Below are positions 18,608-28,900 of a stretch of 31,348 nucleotides of DNA, one piece after another (position 1 is the stretch's first letter; each line of letters begins with the position of its first letter). Source of the stretch: a virus (lineage: Duplodnaviria > Caudoviricetes); the IMG/VR virus record IMGVR_UViG_3300011439_000037, positions 1 through 31,348 of that record. One strand, given 5' to 3'. The notes beneath the pieces were generated by a model. It worked only from the letters and a program-made list of their open reading frames with translations, was not told where the DNA came from and did no database searches. A program made the position numbers and the translations under genes.

Positions 18608-18659
18608 CTTGTCAATAGTTATTTTCACCCCTTTTTAGTGCGGTTTCCTACCTAACACA

Positions 18660-18688
18660 TTACATTTAATAAAATACTTGTGTATTAT
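18660..18688 (+). promoter_or_regulatory. Class III promoter TTACAT-17-TATTAT (scaffold/capsid operon)
   Basis: 17-nt spacer, TGTG before the -10; same hexamers as 24762. Confidence 0.75.
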
Positions 18689-18695
18689 TAAACTA

Positions 18696-18773
18696 AGCAT
18701 AAAGCCTCTTTTGGCTCAACCTTTCGGGGGGCGACCCTCGTTATATAAATCGTTAGAGGAGAGCGTTTTTGCT
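18696..18773 (+). other. Structured 5' leader of the scaffold mRNA
   Basis: 18696-18715 pairs with 18752-18773; encloses CC-TTTC-GG and GGG-GCGA-CCC (GNRA) hairpins. Confidence 0.6.
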
Positions 18774-18800
18774 AACACAAAAATATGAAGGGAGGTGAAT

Positions 18801-19778
18801 ATGATGGATAACAACACAAATGGTGGGGATAATTCCTCACAAGACCGTGGCTTTGGAGAAGTCGCTGAAAGAGAAATACCTCAAGACGCACTCGACTCCG
18901 AGGACACCCAGGATGAACAGGTAGAGGATGACTCAAACGAGTCGGACGATACGAACTCAAACCAGACTGACAACCAGGAAGGGGATGAGGGAGACAAAGC
19001 CGATGACGATGAGAATTCTCAGCAACCTAAGCAGGATAAAACGGAAAAAGGGACGAAACTCGACCCCAATCCAAAATCCGCAGTTCATCAACAATTAGCG
19101 AACGAAAGACGTGTGAGGACACAAATGGAGCAAGTTCTTGCTTCACCAGACCTCATAGCGAAATTCGTCAGGGAGCAGTACGGAATTGAAATGCCGACAG
19201 CCAAGGGAGCTTCACAGCAACCAGCAGCTACGACAACTCAACCCGTTACCACTACAAAGTGGACTGCCAAGGACTTTGAGTCCCTAGAAGATGTCGCTGA
19301 GAAATTCAACGGCTTACAGGAGCAATTTACGACTGAAATCTCCAAAAGAGATGAGGAAATAAAAAAACTCACTGGTCAACTAGGAGGCATCTCAGAGAGA
19401 GGTCGGATACTACAAATAGCCGACTCACTCGAAACGGATGTTAAAACTCTCAGTGCTGAACCTGAGCTTAATCCCAATAGCCCAGAATTTATTCCAGGCT
19501 TAGAGGATGAGATTGGTGCTTTGTATCATCGGTTAGACTTTGATGAAGCATCTGGGATGTACCGAGGAAACTACTCGATGCGTGAAATCGGAGAGTCAAT
19601 AATAAAGACCGCCCGAACTGCTAAAAAAGCAGGTTCCCAGAGAGCTCAAACAATCGTCAAAGACAAAACTGGCGGTAGAATTCGCACTGGTACCCAGGGC
19701 AATAACCAGGGTGCAAGTCGGGATGAACTTCCACCTGCACAATCTATTGCACAAGGTATCTCAAAGATGTTCAAGTAA
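18801..19778 (+). CDS. Capsid scaffolding protein
   Basis: Directly upstream of the capsid gene; acidic disordered N-terminus, coiled-coil middle, short C-terminal helix; SD GGAGGTGA (ATG 18801 or 18804). Confidence 0.82.
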   Translation: MMDNNTNGGDNSSQDRGFGEVAEREIPQDALDSEDTQDEQVEDDSNESDDTNSNQTDNQEGDEGDKADDDENSQQPKQDKTEKGTKLDPNPKSAVHQQLANERRVRTQMEQVLASPDLIAKFVREQYGIEMPTAKGASQQPAATTTQPVTTTKWTAKDFESLEDVAEKFNGLQEQFTTEISKRDEEIKKLTGQLGGISERGRILQIADSLETDVKTLSAEPELNPNSPEFIPGLEDEIGALYHRLDFDEASGMYRGNYSMREIGESIIKTARTAKKAGSQRAQTIVKDKTGGRIRTGTQGNNQGASRDELPPAQSIAQGISKMFK

Positions 19779-19879
19779 AACCTTGTGGGTGACATATGGG
19801 CTCACAAAGGTACTACTGAACCCTTTGTGGGGTAAAACCCAATGATAAATTATAAAAAAGATTGGAGGTGAATAAAATT

Positions 19880-21034
19880 ATGAAACAAGCAAATTACGGA
19901 CAAGGTTCAACATTTGAGGCTAACGATAAACAGCTTTATCTCAATATCGAAAAAGAGATAATGAAGTATCCTAGCCCTCGTATTGAGCTGTTAAAAAGAA
20001 TTGGCTCTTTCGACCAGGCTATCAATTCTCACAAGATTGAATGGTCTCGCCGAGACAACAGACCTGTAAAGGCTCTCGTTGTAGAAGGTGCTGCTTCTGG
20101 TGGAACAGTGATTACTGTTGATACCGCAGGGGTCTTCAATGTGGACGACATTTTGGAGAAACCAAACGGTCAGCAAATGGTCGTTGAGGCTGTGAACGGT
20201 GGAGTACAAGTTACTTTCCGAGCACTGGCTGGTGCTGCTGAGGCTCTATCTGGCGGTCAAACTGTCAGACGCATCGGTATGGCTACCGCTCAAGGTAAAG
20301 TTGCCGACAATATGGTGCGAACTGGGTACGAAGATTTGTACAACTACACTTCCATTTTGGAAGACGTGGTTGACTTATCTGGAACTGAGCACAACGCCCT
20401 CATTAGAGGACACGAGAACTCAGGTCAACTGATTGCTCGAAAACAGCAAGAATTGGCGGAAATCTGGCAGTCACAGATGGTGCTCGGCAAGAGAACCAAA
20501 AATGACGCTTTGAAGACTACCACTAATGCTGGTATCAAGCAGCTCATCGAACTGTATGCTCCTAACAACATTATCGACTTCGGAGGCACGGGAACGTGGT
20601 CTCTAACAGGCGACAGTGGTGTTCTCGGGAAAGTTGATAACGCACTCGATGTGTTATCTGCTAAGGTCATGGACAAACCTGTGATGTACGTTGGTGCCAA
20701 ATTCATGCGTAAATTCAAACACGTCATGGCTGACACTATCCGAACAGACCAGGAAAATGACACCAGAGGTATTGGAGTCGTAGGTACATACCTGTCACAT
20801 CTCTATGGAAAAATCAAAGTAGTCCTCTTGCAAGAGAGAACTGGCTGGATGGACAACATGGTGCTTTTCGTTGATGAGTCCGATGTCGGACAAAAAGCAA
20901 TGAAGGGTCGTGAATGGCAAACCTACCCACTCGCAAGATTGGGAGACTCTTACAGATGGCAAGTTCTGTCTGAAAGAACGGTCAAAGTGGGCAATCCAGA
21001 AGCTCACGCAATGCTTATCAACCTCGGTTTATAA
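19880..21034 (+). CDS. Major capsid protein (SU10/DUF5309-like)
   Basis: 384 aa; SHKIEW..D, YNYTSILEDVVDLSGT, YLSHLYGKIKV, E.TVKV.NPEAHA; strong SD; followed by a terminator. Confidence 0.88.
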   Translation: MKQANYGQGSTFEANDKQLYLNIEKEIMKYPSPRIELLKRIGSFDQAINSHKIEWSRRDNRPVKALVVEGAASGGTVITVDTAGVFNVDDILEKPNGQQMVVEAVNGGVQVTFRALAGAAEALSGGQTVRRIGMATAQGKVADNMVRTGYEDLYNYTSILEDVVDLSGTEHNALIRGHENSGQLIARKQQELAEIWQSQMVLGKRTKNDALKTTTNAGIKQLIELYAPNNIIDFGGTGTWSLTGDSGVLGKVDNALDVLSAKVMDKPVMYVGAKFMRKFKHVMADTIRTDQENDTRGIGVVGTYLSHLYGKIKVVLLQERTGWMDNMVLFVDESDVGQKAMKGREWQTYPLARLGDSYRWQVLSERTVKVGNPEAHAMLINLGL

Positions 21035-21057
21035 TCGTAGGTGGGTAGTATTGAGAA

Positions 21058-21087
21058 GCCCTCGGCAGCAGTGTCGGGGGCTTTTTT
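21058..21087 (+). terminator. Intrinsic terminator after the capsid gene
   Basis: GCCCTCGGCA-GCAG-TGTCGGGGGC followed by TTTTTT. Confidence 0.9.
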
Positions 21088-21100
21088 GTGGGGGGGGTGG

Positions 21101-21136
21101 TTCACACTCATCGTGTGTAACCATTACACTAGAAGT
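21101..21136 (+). promoter_or_regulatory. Putative promoter TTCACA-18-TACACT-6-ATG 21137
   Basis: Just after the terminator; -10 lies 6 nt before the ATG of an 11-codon ORF. Confidence 0.55.
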
Positions 21137-21173
21137 ATGAACAAATTAACGCATTTGAAAGGAGGTGAGTAAT

Positions 21174-21353
21174 ATGGCAGGAACAGCAGTAGGACGAACA
21201 GTGTTCGTATTAGGCAAGCAAATTCATGGCAACCGTCAGGTTGTTGTGGTTGAAGATGGTCAGGAGTATGGCTTCGAGTACGCAGCTATCCAAAACATCA
21301 TCACGGCTTATACAGCACAAACAGCCCGTTTCCCATACGATTTACCAGCTTAA
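21174..21353 (+). CDS. Small protein, 59 aa (possible capsid-associated protein)
   Basis: Strong SD AAAGGAGGTGA; own promoter and downstream hairpin. Confidence 0.75.
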   Translation: MAGTAVGRTVFVLGKQIHGNRQVVVVEDGQEYGFEYAAIQNIITAYTAQTARFPYDLPA

Positions 21354-21376
21354 TGTTGGTGAGTTTAGTAGAATAG

Positions 21377-21412
21377 GAGGGTGGTTCTTTTCGGAGAGCT
21401 GCCCTCTTGTTG
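21377..21412 (+). terminator. 13-bp hairpin with TTCG loop, probable terminator
   Basis: GAGGGTGGTTCTT-TTCG-GAGAGCTGCCCTC then TTGTTGT (imperfect U-tract). Confidence 0.65.
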
Positions 21413-21414
21413 TA

Positions 21415-21449
21415 TTACAAAGTTTATCTTTGCAGGGTATTATTAGAGT
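21415..21449 (+). promoter_or_regulatory. Class III promoter TTACAA-17-TATTAT-6-ATG
   Basis: TATTATTAGAGTATG is repeated exactly at 25906..25920. Confidence 0.78.
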
Positions 21450-22181
21450 ATGCAGATAGTAGGCAATTACAACGAAACCATTTCAGACATCATGGCACTC
21501 ATGGCTCCTTCGGCTGGAGGTGCTATCCCTGATGAAGACTCAGAAGAGTACGGACAATGGCTCCTATTTATTCAAACCAAATATGAGGAGGCATCTCGCC
21601 GTGGCTTCTGGCGTAGACTGCTCAAAAAGAGCACACTCACCCTCGCTGAGGGCGACACTGTGGTGTACCTCCCTGACGACTTTCAAAGAGCAAATGGACT
21701 CTATATTTTCTATGTTGATGGAGTAGATTTGTGCGACCCAGACCGAGAACCAGACGACCAGTCTATTTTCGTTGAGGTTGACACTGACCCCTTTGAAGAG
21801 GACGGAGTGACCGCAAATGCCAACTTTGGTAAATGGAGAGTGACTTTCACCGAAGGTGTTGCAGAAGCCCAGGACGCACCAATTTGGTATTTCTGTGTTC
21901 CTCCAAAACCAACCGAAGCCACTGATAAAGTTCTTTTACCAGGAGACATGATTGGATTTGGTGCATTATCAGAAGTATTCCGAACCACCAACTTGGAAGG
22001 CTCCCAGGACGATGCTCGTACCGAGTACGAAAACCGTCTTGCTACCTACTTGGCAATGGAGATGATACCTCCTCGAAACGAAATCCTGACCTTCGTTACC
22101 AACCCTCGAGGGGCTGACAGACTCAGACTCGCCAAGAACAGGTGGAGTGCTCCACGGGGTTCACGACAGTCGAGGATGTAA
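21450..22181 (+). CDS. Head-to-tail adaptor (tail tubular protein A-like)
   Basis: Position after the capsid gene; helical ends around a beta core; motif YxLPxDF (VYLPDDF). Confidence 0.7.
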   Translation: MQIVGNYNETISDIMALMAPSAGGAIPDEDSEEYGQWLLFIQTKYEEASRRGFWRRLLKKSTLTLAEGDTVVYLPDDFQRANGLYIFYVDGVDLCDPDREPDDQSIFVEVDTDPFEEDGVTANANFGKWRVTFTEGVAEAQDAPIWYFCVPPKPTEATDKVLLPGDMIGFGALSEVFRTTNLEGSQDDARTEYENRLATYLAMEMIPPRNEILTFVTNPRGADRLRLAKNRWSAPRGSRQSRM

Positions 22182-22185
22182 GCCT

Positions 22186-24264
22186 ATGCCATTCGTATAC
22201 ACAAAAAAAAGAAAAAACCCACCGAAGCAAAGGATGGGGAGTAAAGGATTTCCAGACGGCTGGAACTCTCTTCCTCATGCTTCATCACTGAAAGACACCG
22301 AGCTTGCAGAGCTCATCAATGGTGTTTATTCTCAGTATGGTTCAATTTCCAAACGCCAGGGGTCACAGCTTTTAGGACTCCCTTCCGAGATTGATGGTGC
22401 CACCCACACGGTTGCTGGGGGTATGTTTTATGACATCGCTGGTCAGGACTACCTCATTCGTGTCGTCAATACAGGACACGTTGAACGCTACTCTTTTACC
22501 AGTGGTTTATGGGGACTTTTGACAGGAACTCCTCCTGTTGGTTACTCCGATGTTGACCCAGAATTTGTCAATGACTCTCCAATTTTCAGCACTAATGCTC
22601 ACATCAATATCGTCCAAACAAATGGGAAAATTTACTTTGCTTCCAGTGAAGACCGAGTGACTATCTTCAACGGCTCGGTGTGGAGTGTGTATGTTGAGCT
22701 CCCAGACCCCACAGGAGACATTACTGTGGTCAAAACGGGTGCTGGTACAGGTACTCGCTCCTACTACTACCGCTATGTGGATTTGAACGAATTTGGCACC
22801 ACTGCTGGAAATCCTGCCGTGGTTGCACAGGCACAGGGAACTGGATGGTACGGCTCAATGCCTGAAATTGACGGTTCTACCTACCTGACTTTGACACTTC
22901 CTGCTGCTGCTACTGGAACCACCAGACGTGCAGTGTACCGTGGAGATACGGCTGGAAATGAGTTCTTTTTGGCTGAACTTGGAGCTGCTGAAACCACCTA
23001 TATCGACAAAAACGTCAATCCACAGGGAGAAGAAGGGACTTCGGTCATCTTCCCAATTCCCGAGGAAAACACGACTCCTGGCTATCATTTCTACTTACTG
23101 GCTGTGTATGCCAACTCACTCGTTGGTACCACGGTTGAAGAAGGTGCTGATGTCCTGGTGTGGTCGGCAGGTGACGACAAATTCGACTCTTTTGCCCTCT
23201 CGGACGGTGCTGGATTTGATGGCTACCAGAGAGGTGACGGGCAAACAATCAATGCTCTGCAACCATTCTCTGTTGCCAATAAAGATGGTTTGGCTATTTT
23301 CAAAGATGCTCGTACAGGGCTTTTGGAGTTTGATGCCGAGGGTGGTGGAGATATTCAGAACGTCAATGTGGTTCGAGGTACGATGTCGCCAATGTCTCCT
23401 CACGTTGCAGGGGATAATATCCGCTTTTACTCCTCTGAGGGTGTCTCCTCACTGGGTCATGCGGAAAACTTTGGAACTATTTTGAAATACACCGTTATGT
23501 CGCTCAAAGCTGATGCAATCACCTCTCGTGTGACACCAGCTAACTTGCCAAAAATCTGTTCAGAATACTTCCGAAACTTGTCTCTTTTCTCAATTTCTAC
23601 TGGGGATGCAGCCGTTGGAAACGACTCCATGATTGTCTATGACGAACGCTACAACACCTGGAGTTACTTCACAGGACTCCATGCAGCGTTCATGTTCAAA
23701 GGACTTCATCCAACAACTAAAGTGGAAGCTCTCTACTTTGGCACTTCTGATGCAGCTCCCGACTCTGTTGGTGCAGCCGTTGTGGAAATGTTCAAAGGAA
23801 AAACTGACTATGCGACCTCTTCTGGCTCTGGAACCAAGATTACGCTCTCTCTCACCACAAAGCAGTGGGATGCCAATTTGCCCGATGCTTTCAAGAAATA
23901 CGACAAAGCGGTGCTCATTTTCGGTTCTCTGTTTGGAAACAACACCACAGTTCAGGCGTTCTTTATGGACGGCAACGGGCTTGGTCAATTCCCACGGTAT
24001 CGAATTGCCACTGACCCAACCCTTTCAGGCTTTGGAAACGATGAGTGGGGCAATCAAGAAGTTGGCATGATGCAGGAGGATGACCAGGGAGAAACACTCA
24101 ATATCCGCTACATCAACCTGCGACAGAGAGACCTTTTCTGGACAAAACTCAACTTGCAGAATGACGGCGTGGAGGATGACGTTACTCTTATCGGTATCGC
24201 TATTTATTATTCAAGTTCCCAGAGACAGCTCCCTGCAAAAGCACGACTTAATACTCTGGCGTAG
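22186..24264 (+). CDS. Tail nozzle / tail tubular protein B (P22 gp10- / T7 gp12-like)
   Basis: 692 aa, beta-rich; N-terminal FPDGWN...INGVYSQYGSISKRQG; IVYD...NTWS; start moved to ATG 22186. Confidence 0.75.
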   Translation: MPFVYTKKRKNPPKQRMGSKGFPDGWNSLPHASSLKDTELAELINGVYSQYGSISKRQGSQLLGLPSEIDGATHTVAGGMFYDIAGQDYLIRVVNTGHVERYSFTSGLWGLLTGTPPVGYSDVDPEFVNDSPIFSTNAHINIVQTNGKIYFASSEDRVTIFNGSVWSVYVELPDPTGDITVVKTGAGTGTRSYYYRYVDLNEFGTTAGNPAVVAQAQGTGWYGSMPEIDGSTYLTLTLPAAATGTTRRAVYRGDTAGNEFFLAELGAAETTYIDKNVNPQGEEGTSVIFPIPEENTTPGYHFYLLAVYANSLVGTTVEEGADVLVWSAGDDKFDSFALSDGAGFDGYQRGDGQTINALQPFSVANKDGLAIFKDARTGLLEFDAEGGGDIQNVNVVRGTMSPMSPHVAGDNIRFYSSEGVSSLGHAENFGTILKYTVMSLKADAITSRVTPANLPKICSEYFRNLSLFSISTGDAAVGNDSMIVYDERYNTWSYFTGLHAAFMFKGLHPTTKVEALYFGTSDAAPDSVGAAVVEMFKGKTDYATSSGSGTKITLSLTTKQWDANLPDAFKKYDKAVLIFGSLFGNNTTVQAFFMDGNGLGQFPRYRIATDPTLSGFGNDEWGNQEVGMMQEDDQGETLNIRYINLRQRDLFWTKLNLQNDGVEDDVTLIGIAIYYSSSQRQLPAKARLNTLA

Positions 24265-24298
24265 TTGACAAATAACTAGCGTTGTGGTAATATGTTGG
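24264..24298 (+). promoter_or_regulatory. Class I promoter TTGACA-17-(TGg)TAATAT
   Basis: Consensus -35, extended -10; homologous to 636..670. Confidence 0.8.
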
Positions 24299-24303
24299 AC
24301 ACT

Positions 24304-24747
24304 ATGAAATACTTTGTAATGATTACACTATTTTGGTTTATCACTATTGTGGTCAGCTTCTTTGGTGGGGTGAAATTTGCCACTCCCTACACTCCCGTTG
24401 AGGTCATAACACCTCCCACGGGTCAGGAAGTGCTCGCCGAACTCAATACCTATCGACTTTCCCAAGGACTTGAGCCTTTTGAATTGTCAGACCGTTTGTG
24501 TGACAATATCGTTGAGAGATGGCACAATTACAAAAACAACAATTCCCACGAAGGGTGGGATGAGTTTGCTGCTAGGGAATATCCTGGTGGATTTACGGCA
24601 AATGAGCTCTTGGTAGCAGGAGAGTCAGCCAAAATCATGGTAGACCAATGGGTGTCTTCACCCTCACATGACCTGGCAATAAAGAGCAATTCAAAAGCCT
24701 GTGTGTACTCGTATGACGGTTTGTCAGTGGCACTACTTTCAAACTGA
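24304..24747 (+). CDS. Membrane-anchored CAP (SCP/PR-1) domain protein
   Basis: N-terminal hydrophobic helix; LNTYR..QGL.P, SH, E.L, W..SPSH motifs; ATG 24292 lies inside the -10, so 24304 is preferred. Confidence 0.85.
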   Translation: MKYFVMITLFWFITIVVSFFGGVKFATPYTPVEVITPPTGQEVLAELNTYRLSQGLEPFELSDRLCDNIVERWHNYKNNNSHEGWDEFAAREYPGGFTANELLVAGESAKIMVDQWVSSPSHDLAIKSNSKACVYSYDGLSVALLSN

Positions 24748-24761
24748 ATTGAGACATTACA

Positions 24762-24790
24762 TTACATTTTGAAAAGTGGTGTAGTATTAT
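24762..24790 (+). promoter_or_regulatory. Class III promoter TTACAT-17-TATTAT
   Basis: Same hexamers and upstream ACATTACATT context as 18660. Confidence 0.72.
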
Positions 24791-24815
24791 TAAAGCATAG
24801 GGAATAAATAAACTT

Positions 24816-25868
24816 ATGAATTTCGACACAATTCTCAGACTCATCGGCGGTGAAAACCTTGACAAGATTGGTACTACGTTTGGACTAAAAGAACGTGGCT
24901 GGTCTGAACGGGCAAATAACAACCAACCAACCACCAATACTGGTGTTACTCCTCAGTCCAAAGCTGCTGGTCTCGATGACTGGCGTAGAGTTCACTTCGA
25001 CCAATCAACTGGCAATCCAAACTATCGTCCTCCTGCAAATGACCAAACAACTACTCCTCCTGGTGGAGGTGGTGCTTTTAGTGCTCCTGGTGGCGGTGGT
25101 GCAGGAGACCAAGGTGGTGGCGGTGGACAAGTCGATGAACTCGCACTTGCCGAAGCTGCTCGCCGAAATCGCATCAATTCCTACAAAGCTCAGGCTGGCA
25201 ACATCCGCTCACAAGCTCAGGGTGCTTTTGACAACATCCTAAAAGCTGTTGCTGCTTTCCGAGACCGCTCAAAAACTCAATACGACACTGCTGGTCAAGA
25301 AATTACCAACAATGCTTCTGAAATTCTTGGCTCCAATGCTCGTACCGCTACCGAAGCTGCTGGTTCAGCTCGCTCAAGGGGTCGTGCCATGGGATTGGGT
25401 GACAGTTCAAAATTCGCTCTCCAAAACAAAGTTCAAGGAAATCTCGCCTCTACTCAGGGTTCAACCATCGCTCGAAGGGGTGAGGAAGAGTCCTCAAATC
25501 GAAACCTCTTCCAAGAGAGAAACGACCAAGCACAGGGTCAAGAAGATGAGGCAAACACCTATCTCAAGAACGCAAATGACCGTGCAACTACTGTTGAAAA
25601 TACTGGGTATGATGCAGGTGAGGAAGTCTTCACCAGTGCCCTCAATGACATCGTGAACTACCAACGCCAGCTCGCAGCCGTCAAGCCTGTTCAGGCAGAA
25701 GGCTTACAGCAATACGCCCCGAACTTCGGTGGCATTGCGAACACTATCAATGGTGTGCTTGATGGTCTTGGTGGCGGTAGAGGTGTTACGGAAGAGCAAA
25801 TGGGTAACCCAGTCAATCCTACCAACGTGTTTGATATTCTCAAACGCCGAGGCTTAGTTCAGGGCTAA
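24816..25868 (+). CDS. Putative internal virion/ejection protein
   Basis: A/G/N/Q-rich helical composition; position after the nozzle gene. Confidence 0.65.
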   Translation: MNFDTILRLIGGENLDKIGTTFGLKERGWSERANNNQPTTNTGVTPQSKAAGLDDWRRVHFDQSTGNPNYRPPANDQTTTPPGGGGAFSAPGGGGAGDQGGGGGQVDELALAEAARRNRINSYKAQAGNIRSQAQGAFDNILKAVAAFRDRSKTQYDTAGQEITNNASEILGSNARTATEAAGSARSRGRAMGLGDSSKFALQNKVQGNLASTQGSTIARRGEEESSNRNLFQERNDQAQGQEDEANTYLKNANDRATTVENTGYDAGEEVFTSALNDIVNYQRQLAAVKPVQAEGLQQYAPNFGGIANTINGVLDGLGGGRGVTEEQMGNPVNPTNVFDILKRRGLVQG

Positions 25869-25902
25869 TCTCCTTCATAACGATACTTTCTCTCCTCTCT
25901 GA

Positions 25903-25917
25903 TGATATTATTAGAGT
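25903..25917 (+). promoter_or_regulatory. Extended -10 promoter (TGa)TATTAT-6-ATG
   Basis: Identical 15-mer to 21438..21452; -35 degenerate (ATACTT). Confidence 0.65.
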
Positions 25918-28900
25918 ATGGCACTAGCATTACTCCAAAAAGTCGCAGAAAAAGCAATTCAAGGTGTTGGAATGGCAGCAGGTTCCGCTTGGAATTATCT
26001 GTCAAAAAACGCTCCACAAGCTATTGACAAAGCACTCGAATTAAACCCTCAAACACGGGTTTTTTCTCAACGTGGACAGGGTGAAGTTGCTGACCTTGGT
26101 CGTTTCCTTCAAAAGATGCCTGATACTACTATCAAGGCACCCGAGTCCCGTGCCCCACAGTTCATCAAAAACACTCCCGCAGCTCTCTTATTTGATAATC
26201 CAGCTACTAAATTGCAGGACAAAGCCACTGAGTTTGTTTCTGGTATTCCAGGTGAATTTGTTCGTTCATGGGGTCGCACCACTGAGCGTGTGGCAACTCC
26301 CGAAGGACGACAGAAGATCGCCCAAGGAGCACAAGCTCTCCCAGGACAAGTAAAGAAAATTGCTACTCCAGGGCAACGCATGGAAGGACTTGGGGAATTG
26401 GTTGAAAATCCTGCTGTAGAAGATGCTCTCAATGCCACTGATTTGTTCACTCTTGGTGCTGGTACCGCTCTCAAAGCTGTTGGCAAGGAGGGTGTGGAAC
26501 AAGGTGTCAAACAGGTGGTCAAAAAAGGTGTCAAAACCGCTACTAAAGAAGTCATCGAGCAGGGTGTGGAAAGTTCGGGGAAAACTGCTGCAAAAACACT
26601 CTTCAAAGAGATAGCTGAGAAGCCTGGTGCCGTGCTCAAAGCGGTCACTGACCCAAAGGCTCAAAAAGCAGCTCTCAATGTTGTGGAAAACTCCGCTCCA
26701 TCCATTGTTGATGACGCTGTAAAACAGACAAAAACACTCTTCCGAAAACCAGTGGAAATTGCTCAGAAGTGGGTCAATACTCGTGAGGGTTTCACTAACT
26801 GGCGAGCTGCTGACATCAAGAAAACCCCAGGATTGACCGCTTTTGACAAAGAGGGCATGGAAGCCATCATTGAGCTACAGGCTGGGAAAAACCCTGAAAA
26901 ATTCAAAGCCATCAAGGACTTCACTGACGGGCTGTTTGAGCTCGAAAAGAAGGCTGGGCTACTGGAACCTGAACAATACCGCAAAAACTATATTACTCAG
27001 CTTTGGGATAACAGTCCCGAGGAAATTGATGAGGTGTTCAAAGCGGTTGTTGGCAAGAAGCCAGGGTTTACCAAGGCTCGCTTGCTCGAGGACTACAAAA
27101 CTGGTATCGAAGCAGGGCTCAAGCCCCGATATAACACAATGTCTGACTTACTGGAGTCTCGTTTCAAAACCTCTCAAAGAGCACTGGCTGACAAGGAACT
27201 TATTGATGATTTGATAACCTCTGGGAACGGAAAAACACTCGATAAAGCACCTCCTGGCTGGGAGGCTGTTGACCTTACCTGGGAAAATAAACCCATCGCT
27301 GTTCCTCCTGAAATTGCAAAGATTGTAAAGAATTACACAGCTACGGGCTCAAAGATGCTTGAAAATACAGCACAGTTTGTGTCAGAAGCCAAGCAAACCA
27401 TCCTTTCGGCTGGTATTCCTCGCTCTGGGTGGAATTTCCACACTGGGGTCAACGTCCCCACCCGTGCAATGGCAGCTCGTAAAAACCCACTGGGAGCAGT
27501 GGTTGACTCTCTTATCTGGAACACCAACCCAAAGAGTGCCGAAACATATATAACCAAAACTGTTCCGAAAGAAATTACCGATGGACTACTCAAAGCAGGA
27601 CTCACCATTTCCCGAAGTGCTGATGATGCTGGATACGGGTTCAAACCAAAGCCAGGAAAAGGGAAAATCTCCGCAGCTAGAAACACCTGGGACAAGCTCT
27701 TCTCAGAGGTCGCCTTCGACAAAGTGCTTCCTGCTCACAAGTTGAAAGTGGCATGGGAAACATACGAAAATGCTCTCAAAAAGGGACTCTCCTCAGACGA
27801 GGCGTTCCGCATTGCTGCTGAGACCTCAAACACTGTTTTTGGAGGGGTAAATCCAAAGGCTTTGGGTAGAGAACCAGACTTTCAAAATGCACTCAGAACC
27901 TTCCTTTTAGCACCAGATTGGCTGGAGTCAAACATCAAAATTGCAGGGAAAATGGGTGGTCTTTTGCACCCAAAGAACTGGGCTGACCCAGCGTATGCTC
28001 CCTACAAGAGATTTGCTGTAAATGCTGCTGGAATGTACTCTTCATTTGCGATGCTCAACAAAGCTATGTCGGGTAAGTTCCCATGGGAAAATGGTGAGGG
28101 TCAAGAATTCAACCTTGCGACTGGTACTTTTGATGAAAGAGGTCGGGAACGAATGGTGCCTGTGTTTGGTACCGCTTTTGACTTTGCTCGTATCCCACTA
28201 CAACTGGTGAGAGCCATCGGAGATGGTGACCCAGAACAAATTGGTCGGGTACTCAGAAACCGCCTTTCACCACCTGCGAGTGCTTTTACCTCTCTTTTCA
28301 TTACTGGGGAGGACTACAGAGGTCGTCCAATCGACACTCCTGGTGAGATTGCAGGACAGGTCGCACAAGCCGTTGGTGTGCCCTCCCAGATAACAAATGT
28401 CATCGGTGGGCTTACTGGCGAACAAACTCCAGAAGAGGTACTTGCTGGGGTACTTGAGGCACCTGTCAGGTACCGTGGTGGAGCCAATACTGCTGAGAAA
28501 CGACAAACTGCTGACCTGATGAAATCGGGTGGTTCAACAAATGAAGACATCAACAAAGCCTTCCAGTCAGACTACCAAGATGAGGGTGGTGGGTTCTTTG
28601 ACAAGCTCCTGGGTGGCTCTTCCTCTGGAAAAGGTATCACTGTACCAAAAACTCCCAAGGAGAAGAAATCCTTTGAAAAAGCTGTGGATACGGCACTGGA
28701 AAATGGAGCGGTTGACCTCTCGGAAGATGTAATCATTACACGGTTTTTCGATGGAAAAACCTATGATAAAAGTGCCCGCTCTGGACAACAGGACATCCTC
28801 GATGCTGCTCTCAAAGTGGCTGATGATGAGTACCTCACGCCTGAACAAAAGACAAAAATCGTCAACTCTGCAAAGATTGATGAGGTTGACCTGCAATACT

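Noticed and set aside
18582-18615. Minus-strand promoter from TTGACA at 18610-18615 near an ACCGCAGA copy
   Set aside because: No -10-like hexamer at 17-nt spacing (GGTTCT); the box is within coding sequence.
21090-21097. G8 tract as a phase-variation switch (also A8 at 22203-22210)
   Set aside because: The G run lies outside the promoter spacer and coding sequence; the A run lies in Thr-Lys-Lys-Arg codons of an intact frame.
21020-21140. Programmed frameshift extending the capsid protein
   Set aside because: No canonical slippery heptamer; shifted frames stop soon or cross the terminator without joining the next gene.
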